Source of the DNA: Candidatus Eiseniibacteriota bacterium
GTDB taxonomy: Bacteria > Eisenbacteria > RBG-16-71-46
DNA: 11,913 nucleotides
Direction: 5' to 3'
NCBI GenBank assembly: GCA_044223005.1
Contig: JBGAML010000033.1
Location: forward strand, 1-11,913
Shown here: piece after piece, positions 5,435-11,913 of the stretch
Numbering within the stretch: position 1 is the first letter of the stretch
Layout: each line of letters opens with the position of its first letter
The notes under the pieces: model-generated
What the model saw: the letters and a program-made list of their open reading frames with translations, nothing else
Database searches by the model: none
Told to the model about the DNA's origin: nothing
Translations under genes and position numbers: made by a program

Positions 5435-6826
5435 CTAGCGCTTCTTCAGCTTCTGCCCCTGCGGCCCGTCTTCGACGACCACTCCCTTTTCCAGCAGCGC
5501 GTTTCGCAGCTCGTCCGAGCGCTTCCACTCCTTGGCCGCACGCGCCTTGGCCCGCTCGTCCGCCAACTGGAGAATATCCGCCGGCCACGACTCTCCGGCC
5601 GGGGCCCTCCAGAACAGGCCGAGCACCGAACCCAGTCGCAGGAGCGCCCGGGCCGCCTGGACTACATTGGCCCCGCCGCCATCGTCGAGGCCGCGGTTCA
5701 CGGCCCGGGCGAGGTCGAACAGGTGCCCGAGCGCCTGGGCGCTGTTGAAGTCGTCGTCCATCGCCTCGTGGAAGAGCCGGTCCGCCGTCGCGACCGCCTC
5801 ACCCAGTTCGCCGGTCGGCGCCGCGCCGTCGGGCGCGGTCCAGGCGCCGGCTCGCTCGAGCGGGGTCCGGAGACGCTGGTAGGCGACCCCGGCTTCCTGC
5901 AGCCGCTCGAGGCTGAACTCGATCGGGCTCCGGTAGTGGGTCGAGAGCAGGTAGAAGCGGGTGACCTCGGGGTCGACGCGGCCGGCGATGTCCTCGATGA
6001 AGAAGAAGTTGCCATCGCTCTTGGACATCTTGCTGCCGCCCAGGTTCACGAGCCCGTTCTCGGCCCAGAAGTTCGCGAACGGCTTGCCCGTGCACGACTC
6101 GCTCTGCGCGAGCTCGTTCTCGTGGTGCGGGAAGACGAGGTCCTGTCCGCCGCCATGGATGTCGATCGTCTCGCCGAGGTGCTTCATGGCCATCGCCGAG
6201 CACTCGATGTGCCACCCCGGTCGGCCGGGCCCCCACGGGCTCGGCCACGACGGCTCGCCCGGCTTGGCCCCCTTCCAGAGCGCGAAGTCGAGCGGATCGC
6301 GCTTCGCCTCGCCCGGCTCGATGCGATAGCCCTCGCGCAGTTCGTCGACGCGCCGGCCCGAGAGCTTGCCGTAGTCGGCCTTGCTGCGGACGTCGAAGTA
6401 CACGTCGCCGCCCGCGGCGTAGGCGTGGCCGCTCTCGATCAGCCGCGTGATCAGCGCGTGCATCTCGCCGATGTGCTGTGTGGCGCGCGGGTACACGGTC
6501 GCCCGCTTGATGTTGTGCAGGTCCGCGAAGCGGAGGTAGGCGTCGATGTTTCGCTCGCTCACGCTCTCGTAGGCGACACCCTCGGCGTTGGCGCGCTCGA
6601 TGATCTTGTCGTCGACGTCGGTGAAGTTGTACGCGTACCAGACCTCGAGACCGAGGTGCTCGAAGTACCGCCGCATGACCTCCGCCGACAGCGACGAGCG
6701 GATGTGGCCGACGTGCGGCTTGTTCTGCACGGTCATGCCGCAGACGTACATCGTCACGCGCCCCGGGGTGACGGGTGCGAACTCGCGCTTCTGCCGGGTG
6801 AGCGTGTCGTAGATGCGGAGCGGCAC
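5435..6826 (-). CDS. cysS: Cysteine--tRNA ligase
   Basis: MYVCGMTV, HVGH (HIGH motif), NFTDVDDKII, DFALWK, GRPGWHIECSAM, DIHGGGQDLVFPHHENE, KMSKS, MDDDFNS. GTG start with AAGGAGG SD. Confidence 0.98.
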   Translation of the reverse strand: MPLRIYDTLTRQKREFAPVTPGRVTMYVCGMTVQNKPHVGHIRSSLSAEVMRRYFEHLGLEVWYAYNFTDVDDKIIERANAEGVAYESVSERNIDAYLRFADLHNIKRATVYPRATQHIGEMHALITRLIESGHAYAAGGDVYFDVRSKADYGKLSGRRVDELREGYRIEPGEAKRDPLDFALWKGAKPGEPSWPSPWGPGRPGWHIECSAMAMKHLGETIDIHGGGQDLVFPHHENELAQSESCTGKPFANFWAENGLVNLGGSKMSKSDGNFFFIEDIAGRVDPEVTRFYLLSTHYRSPIEFSLERLQEAGVAYQRLRTPLERAGAWTAPDGAAPTGELGEAVATADRLFHEAMDDDFNSAQALGHLFDLARAVNRGLDDGGGANVVQAARALLRLGSVLGLFWRAPAGESWPADILQLADERAKARAAKEWKRSDELRNALLEKGVVVEDGPQGQKLKKR

Positions 6827-6847
6827 GGCGTTCCTCCTTGCGATGGG

Positions 6848-7735
6848 TCAGGCGCCGGGCGGCGGCGTCGCGGGCGATGTCGCGACGAGCCGCAGTCCGG
6901 CCTCGTGGATGCGGGCGAGCAGCAGCCTCCGCGCCTCGCGCGCCGCTTCGACGCCGGAGGCGCCGGGCGCGGTGCGCAGGGTGACGCGCAGGATGACGCC
7001 GTCGGGACCGATGCGCTCGAGCCCCACCACCTGCGGCGGCTCGAGCCAGCGATCGCGGAACCGCGCGTCGGCGGCCAGTTCGGCCACGGCCGATTCGGCC
7101 GCCGCCAGCGCGGCCGCGGGGTCCTGGTCGTGCGCGAGCGGCAGGTCGACGAGCGAGCGCTGCCAGTCGCGGCTCTGGTTGATCACGATGCGCATCTCGC
7201 CGTTCGGGACGAACAGCAGCCGGCCCCGGAAATCGCGCAGGCGCGTGGAGCGCAGCGTCACGTCCTCGACCGTCGCGACGGTGCCCGCCACGTCGATCAC
7301 GTCGCCCACCGAGAATTGGTCCTCGATCAGGATGAAGGCGCCGGCGATCACGTCGCGCACGAGGTACTGCGCGCCGAATCCGAGCGCCGCGCCCAGGATG
7401 CTGGCGCCCACGAGCAGCGGCTTCACGTCCCAGCCGATCACGTCGAGCGAATGCAGCAGCGCCCCGGCGGCGACGAGCGACGTGATCAGGTGGCGCGTCG
7501 TCTGCCCCAGCGTGCGCGCGCGCTGCTTCGCGGCGGGCCGGTCGTGACCGGCGCGCGACAGCCAGCGCTCGGCGCGCCAGACCAGCACGAAGCCGGCGCG
7601 CTGGAGCAGCCAGGCGAGCACGATCGTGACCGCGATGCTCGTCAGCTTGGCGCCGGCGTGCTCGGTGTCGGGGATCAGCCAGGTGGGAAGGTGCAGGTTC
7701 ATGAGCAACGACGAGGCCGCGCGGTGTACGGGCAC
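6848..7735 (-). CDS. MscS-family small-conductance mechanosensitive channel (start may be ATG 7702)
   Basis: Three hydrophobic helices followed by GASILGAALGFGAQYLVRDVIAGAFILIEDQFSVGDVI...VEDVTLRSTRLRDFRGRLLFVPNG, the MscS TM3/beta-domain signature. Confidence 0.93.
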   Translation of the reverse strand: MPVHRAASSLLMNLHLPTWLIPDTEHAGAKLTSIAVTIVLAWLLQRAGFVLVWRAERWLSRAGHDRPAAKQRARTLGQTTRHLITSLVAAGALLHSLDVIGWDVKPLLVGASILGAALGFGAQYLVRDVIAGAFILIEDQFSVGDVIDVAGTVATVEDVTLRSTRLRDFRGRLLFVPNGEMRIVINQSRDWQRSLVDLPLAHDQDPAAALAAAESAVAELAADARFRDRWLEPPQVVGLERIGPDGVILRVTLRTAPGASGVEAAREARRLLLARIHEAGLRLVATSPATPPPGA

Positions 7736-7754
7736 CGCGCGGCCCCCGGAAGGA

Positions 7755-8816
7755 TCAGCTGAAGCTCTCGACCGTGCGGCGATCGAGGCGCTTCACGACC
7801 GCCACCAGCAGCTTCACCGTCATGTCGAAGTCGCGACGGTCGATGACGCTGTTGTGGCTGTGGATGTACCGCGCGGCGACGCCGAGCGAGAGGCTCGGCA
7901 CGCCTTCGCCGGTCATGTGGATGCGGCCGGCGTCCGTGCCGCCGCGCTCGACGCTCTCGAACTGGAGCGGCATCTTGAGCTTCTCGGCGGTGTCGATCAC
8001 CAGGTCGCGCAGGCCGCGATTGGGGATCGAGCTCGAGTCGTAGATCACCACGAGCGGACCGCCGCCCAGCTTCTCGTCGCCCTCGGTGCCCGGCGTGTCG
8101 TGCGCGATGCCCACGTCGAGCGCGAAGGCGACGTCCGGGCGGATCTTGGTCGCCGACGTCTGCGCGCCGCGCAGGCCGACCTCCTCCTGCACCGTGGCCA
8201 CCGCGAAGACCGTGTTCGGGTGCTTCTGGCCCTTGAGCTGCATCGCGACCTCGGCCGCGACCGCGCAGCCCATGCGGTTGTCCCACGCCTTCGCGAGCAG
8301 CAGGTTGGGATTCGCCATCACCTCGAACGAGGACACGGGCAGGATCGGGTCGCCGGGGCGGATGTCGAGCTTCTTCTTCACGTCCCAGTCGCTCGTCGCA
8401 CCGACGTCGATGTACATGTCCTTCAGCTCCATCACCTTCTTGCGGTCCTCGTCGCGCAGCTCGTGCGGCGGCTTGCAGCCCACGACGCCGAGCACCGGGC
8501 CCTTGCGCGTGTGGATCAGCAGCCGCTGGCCGAGCACGACGTGCCCCCACCAGCCGCCGAGGCCGAGGAACTTCACGTAGCCGTCCTTGGTGACGTGCTT
8601 CACGAGGAAGCCGACCTCGTCGAGGTGCCCGGCGAGCATCACGCGCGGGCCCTTGGGATCGCCGGCCTTCTCGCAGATGAAGCTGCCGAGGCGATCCTTC
8701 GAGATCGGCCCGACGCCCTTCATGCGGCGGGCCATCACGGTGGCGACGTCGCCCTCGAATCCGGGGGCGCCGTCGGCTTCCACGAGTTCCTTCAGAAATG
8801 CGAGCGTGCGGTCCAT
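7755..8816 (-). CDS. M42 family (TET-type) metallo-aminopeptidase
   Basis: GAPGFE, AGHLDEVGF, MYIDVGA, KAWDNR, TVQEEVGLRGA, ALDVG, GGTDAG, RYIHS: the full set of M42 metal ligands and catalytic residues. Confidence 0.95.
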   Translation of the reverse strand: MDRTLAFLKELVEADGAPGFEGDVATVMARRMKGVGPISKDRLGSFICEKAGDPKGPRVMLAGHLDEVGFLVKHVTKDGYVKFLGLGGWWGHVVLGQRLLIHTRKGPVLGVVGCKPPHELRDEDRKKVMELKDMYIDVGATSDWDVKKKLDIRPGDPILPVSSFEVMANPNLLLAKAWDNRMGCAVAAEVAMQLKGQKHPNTVFAVATVQEEVGLRGAQTSATKIRPDVAFALDVGIAHDTPGTEGDEKLGGGPLVVIYDSSSIPNRGLRDLVIDTAEKLKMPLQFESVERGGTDAGRIHMTGEGVPSLSLGVAARYIHSHNSVIDRRDFDMTVKLLVAVVKRLDRRTVESFS

Positions 8817-8834
8817 GAGCTCTCCGGCGGAACG

Positions 8835-9857
8835 CTATCGGGTGTGGGTGAAGTCGCGCTTCACCCGGGAATCGGCGAGCGCGAGGTCGAGGATCTTCGC
8901 GACCAGCTGGTCGTACGAGAGGCCTTTCGCCGCCGCAGCCATGGGCACCAGGCTCGTCGGCGTCATGCCGGGCAGCGTGTTCACTTCGAGCAGGTACGGT
9001 TCGTCGTCCTCGCTGAGACGGAAGTCCACGCGGGCGACGCCCCGGCACCCGAGCACCTGGGCCGCTTCGACGGCGAGCTCGCGCACGTGGCGCGAGAGTT
9101 CCTTGTCGAGCGCCGCTGGACAGGTGTACGTGGTCATGCCCTTCGTGTACTTGGACGTGTAGTCGTAGAGGCCGCTCTTGGGCTCGATTTCGACGACCGG
9201 ATAGGCGACCTCGCCGATCACCGCGACCGTCAGTTCGCGACCCTCGATGTACTGCTCCACGAGCACCTGCGAATCGTGCTCGCCGGCCTTGTGGATCGCG
9301 GGCTCGAGCTCGGACGGGTGGCGGACGATCGAGAGCCCCAGCGTGGACCCTTCCGCGTTCGGCTTGACCACGAGCGGGTAGCCGCCGAGCAGCGTCGTGT
9401 CGATCGCGCTCCCGGGCACGCCCGCCTCGAGCAGCATCCAGTGCGGCGTCGGCAGCGCCTCGCGCTCGAACACGCGCTTGGTCATCGCCTTGTCCATCGC
9501 GAGCGCGCTCGCGAGCACGCCCGAGCCCGTGTAGGTCTTGCCCATCAGCTCGAGCGCGGCCTGCACCACGCCGTCCTCGCCGTACTTGCCGTGCAGCGCG
9601 ATGAACACGACGTCCGCGTTGCGGACGGCGGGCTGCTGCAGCGCCTCGAGCATCGCCGACTCGGGCAATGCCCGTACCGCGTCGAGCGAGGGCGCAGCGG
9701 TACCCTCCTGCCCCGCGGCGAGCAGCGAACCGTCGGCGGCGTCGATCGCGGTGACCTCGTGACCGAGCGTGCGCAGCGACTGCGCGATGCCACGGCCCGT
9801 GCTGAACGAGATCTCGCGCTCGCCGGACCTTCCGCCCATCAGGACGGCTACCTTCAT
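8835..9857 (-). CDS. ddl: D-alanine--D-alanine ligase, 340 aa
   Basis: MKVAVLMGGRSGEREIS, FIALHGKYGEDG, YTGSG..SALAMDK, VKPNAEGS, EQYIEGRE, YDYTSKY omega loop, ARVDF, LEVNTLPGMT. ATG at 9857 overlaps the gltX stop (ATGA) and has a GGGAGGA SD. Confidence 0.97.
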   Translation of the reverse strand: MKVAVLMGGRSGEREISFSTGRGIAQSLRTLGHEVTAIDAADGSLLAAGQEGTAAPSLDAVRALPESAMLEALQQPAVRNADVVFIALHGKYGEDGVVQAALELMGKTYTGSGVLASALAMDKAMTKRVFEREALPTPHWMLLEAGVPGSAIDTTLLGGYPLVVKPNAEGSTLGLSIVRHPSELEPAIHKAGEHDSQVLVEQYIEGRELTVAVIGEVAYPVVEIEPKSGLYDYTSKYTKGMTTYTCPAALDKELSRHVRELAVEAAQVLGCRGVARVDFRLSEDDEPYLLEVNTLPGMTPTSLVPMAAAAKGLSYDQLVAKILDLALADSRVKRDFTHTR

Positions 9858-11383
9858 GCGTTCCTCCCCTCCTGCCCCTCGTGGGCGGCCGCGAAGCGCT
9901 TCGCGGCCTCGTGCAACCGCAGCACGCAATCGTCCTTGCCGAGCAGGCCCGCGAGCAGTGGCAGCTCGGGGCCGTGCACGCGACCGGTCAGCGCCGCGCG
10001 AACCGGCATGAACAGGTCCTTCCCCTTCCGGCCGGCGCGGCGACCCGCAGCCTGAAGGGCCGATTTAAAGGCTTCGCCGCTCCATTCGGCAAGTTTGTCG
10101 ACGTCCGCGGCGAACTCGCTGCAGAACGCGGCCGCACCGGGGCCCGACAGGGCGGCGGCGGCTTCGTCCTCGAATGCGAAATGCGGATCGGCCAGATAGC
10201 CGATCTGTTCCGGCAGGTCGGCGAGCGTGGACACGTTGCCGCGAACCACCTCGAACAACTGGGCCCGCTGGGCGGGCGCCAGCGCGGGGGTCAGCCGGTG
10301 GACGGCGTCCCGCCAGTCGATTCCGCCCTCCGGCAGCGGGCCGGGGCCGGTCTCGAGCCACTCCGCGATCCGCTCGCCGGTGGCGTGATGCAGCCAGTGC
10401 GCGTTCATCCAGCGCAGCTTGGCCGCGTCGAACACCGAGCCGCTGCGGCCGAGCCGGTCCAGCGCGAACGCCTCGACCAGCTCCTCGCGGGTCATCACCT
10501 CGCGGTCGTCGCCGGGATGGAAGCCGAGAAGCGCCAGGTAGCCGGTCAGCGCTTCGGGCACGTACCCGGCCCGGCGCCAGTCCGCCACGGCCACGGCGGC
10601 CTCGCCCGCGCGCTTGCTCATCTTGGTGCGGTCGCGGTTGAGGATCAACGCCACGTGCGCGAACTCGGGCGGCGTCCAGCCGAACGCGTCGTAGAGCATG
10701 AGCTGGCGCGGCGTGTTGGCGAGGTGCTCCTCGGCGCGGATCACGTGCGAGATGCGCATGAGGTGGTCGTCGACCACGCACGCGAAGTTGTAGGTCGGCA
10801 GGCCCGACGAGCGCAGCACGACGAAATCCCCCACCATGCCGGCGGGGAACGTCACCTCGCCGCGCACGTGGTCGGGCAGCGTCCAGTCGCGCGCGTCGAC
10901 CGCGAAGCGCAGGCTCGAAGGCTCGCCCGCTGCGTGGCGCGCCGCCGCGTCGGCGGGTGCGAGCGCGCGGCAGCGCCCGTCGTAGTGCGGCGGCCGGCCG
11001 GCCGCGAGCGCGCGCTGGCGGCGCACCTCGAGTTCCTCGTCGGTGCAGAAGCAGCGGTACGCGCGTCCGGCCGCCACGAGCTGGTCGGCGTGTTCGCGGT
11101 AGGTCGCGAGCCGCTCGCTCTGGCGGTAGGGCCCGCAGGGGCCGCCCGTGTCGGGGCCCTCGTCCCAGTGCAGCCCCAGCCAGCGCAGGTCGTCGAGCAC
11201 GAGCCGCTCGCTCTCGCCGCTCGAGCGCGCTTCGTCGGTGTCCTCGATCCGCAGCACGAACGTGCCGCCCGCGCGGCGGGCGAAGAGCCAGTTGAAGTAC
11301 GCGGTGCGCGCGCCGCCCACGTGCAGCCAGCCCGTCGGGCTGGGCGCGAAGCGGACGCGGACAGTGCTCGGGGACGCGGACAC
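9854..11383 (-). CDS. gltX: Glutamate--tRNA ligase
   Basis: VRVRFAPSPTGWLHVGG, LRIEDTD, GPYRQSER, YRCFCT..YDGRC zinc region, PTYNFACVVDDHLM, KMSKR, and a full anticodon-binding domain (FMPVRAALTG). GTG start with GAGGAG SD. Confidence 0.97.
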   Translation of the reverse strand: MSASPSTVRVRFAPSPTGWLHVGGARTAYFNWLFARRAGGTFVLRIEDTDEARSSGESERLVLDDLRWLGLHWDEGPDTGGPCGPYRQSERLATYREHADQLVAAGRAYRCFCTDEELEVRRQRALAAGRPPHYDGRCRALAPADAAARHAAGEPSSLRFAVDARDWTLPDHVRGEVTFPAGMVGDFVVLRSSGLPTYNFACVVDDHLMRISHVIRAEEHLANTPRQLMLYDAFGWTPPEFAHVALILNRDRTKMSKRAGEAAVAVADWRRAGYVPEALTGYLALLGFHPGDDREVMTREELVEAFALDRLGRSGSVFDAAKLRWMNAHWLHHATGERIAEWLETGPGPLPEGGIDWRDAVHRLTPALAPAQRAQLFEVVRGNVSTLADLPEQIGYLADPHFAFEDEAAAALSGPGAAAFCSEFAADVDKLAEWSGEAFKSALQAAGRRAGRKGKDLFMPVRAALTGRVHGPELPLLAGLLGKDDCVLRLHEAAKRFAAAHEGQEGRNA

Positions 11384-11474
11384 GGGACAGGACTCCTCGG
11401 CGCGGGGTGGGCCGCGGCCGTCCGGGCCGCGGGCGGCGCATCATCGCAGGTCGGCCCGCGCCGACCAAACGCGA

Positions 11475-11502
11475 CCGCCCCGGTGCCGAAGCACCGGGGC
11501 GG
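11475..11502 (-). terminator. 12-bp hairpin with C(UUCG)G tetraloop after the MCP gene
   Basis: Minus strand CCGCCCCGGTGC-TTCG-GCACCGGGGCGG followed by TCGCGTTTG. Confidence 0.6.
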
Positions 11503-11550
11503 CATCCGGCGCCCGGCCGGAGGACCGGGCACCCGCGGAACCACGGAGGC

Positions 11551-11913
11551 CTAGAACTCCTCGAAGCCGTCGGTACCGGTGGCCGCGGCGATCGGCGCCA
11601 CGACGACCGGAGCCGCCTTCGCCGCCGCACGCCGGCCGGCGCGCATCGGCACCACCTTCGCCTTCGCCACCGCCCTCGCCGGCGCGTTCGACACCGCACG
11701 CGCCACCGCCGGCGGCGCACCGCCGTCGCCCAGCCGGAAGCGCTGCACCAGCGTCATCAGCGCCTGCGCCTGATGGCTCAGCCCCTCGGCCGTCCCGGCG
11801 AGCTCCTCCGTCTGCGACGCGTTCGCCTGCGTCACCGCGTCCATCTGCGTCACCGCCGTGTTCACCTGCTCGATCCCCGTCGACTGCTCCCGCGACGACG
11901 CCGCGATCTCGCC
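11551..11913 (-). CDS. Methyl-accepting chemotaxis protein, C-terminal part (5' end outside the window)
   Basis: The frame is open to the window edge: GEIAASSREQSTGIEQVNTAVTQMDAVTQANASQTEELAGTAEGLSHQAQALMTLVQRFRL, the MCP methylation helix, then an Ala/Pro linker and terminal GFEEF. Confidence 0.93.
   Translation of the reverse strand, partial: GEIAASSREQSTGIEQVNTAVTQMDAVTQANASQTEELAGTAEGLSHQAQALMTLVQRFRLGDGGAPPAVARAVSNAPARAVAKAKVVPMRAGRRAAAKAAPVVVAPIAAATGTDGFEEF

Noticed and set aside
6752..6772. CCCCGGGGTGAC match to the enhancer palindrome inside cysS (and GTGTCACCC at 4522-4530)
   Set aside because: Both lie within coding sequence with different spacing or an incomplete dyad, so they are probably chance matches in GC-rich DNA.
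11384..11550. T-box riboswitch upstream of gltX
   Set aside because: The region is short and I find no T-box antiterminator motif (UGGNACC).
1918..11554. Very long plus-strand ORFs (1918-4866, 4907-7762, 7626-10055, 9881-11554)
   Set aside because: Antisense shadows of well-supported minus-strand genes, expected from high-GC codon bias. No recognisable motifs.

Overview
High-GC bacterial window with every supported gene on the minus strand. In transcription order (right to left) it holds: the 3' end of a methyl-accepting chemotaxis protein, gltX, ddl, an M42 aminopeptidase, an MscS-family channel, cysS, an accessory regulatory module, the thr(TGT)-tyr(GTA)-gly(TCC)-thr(GGT) tRNA cluster and the start of tuf. 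The accessory module (about 1200-5000) is the interesting part. A sigma70-type promoter precedes a 112-aa secreted Pro-rich protein. Directly after it is a 799-aa cytoplasmic sigma54 activator whose only sensory region is a long TPR array. Downstream of the activator lie palindromic TGTCAC..GTGACA sites, an IHF-like AT-rich tract and a near-consensus sigma54 promoter. That promoter points into about 455 nt of highly structured, apparently non-coding sequence. I infer a candidate peptide-signalling (RRNPP-like TPR receptor) -> sigma54 -> regulatory RNA circuit. The parts are visible in the sequence, but the functional link between them is a hypothesis.
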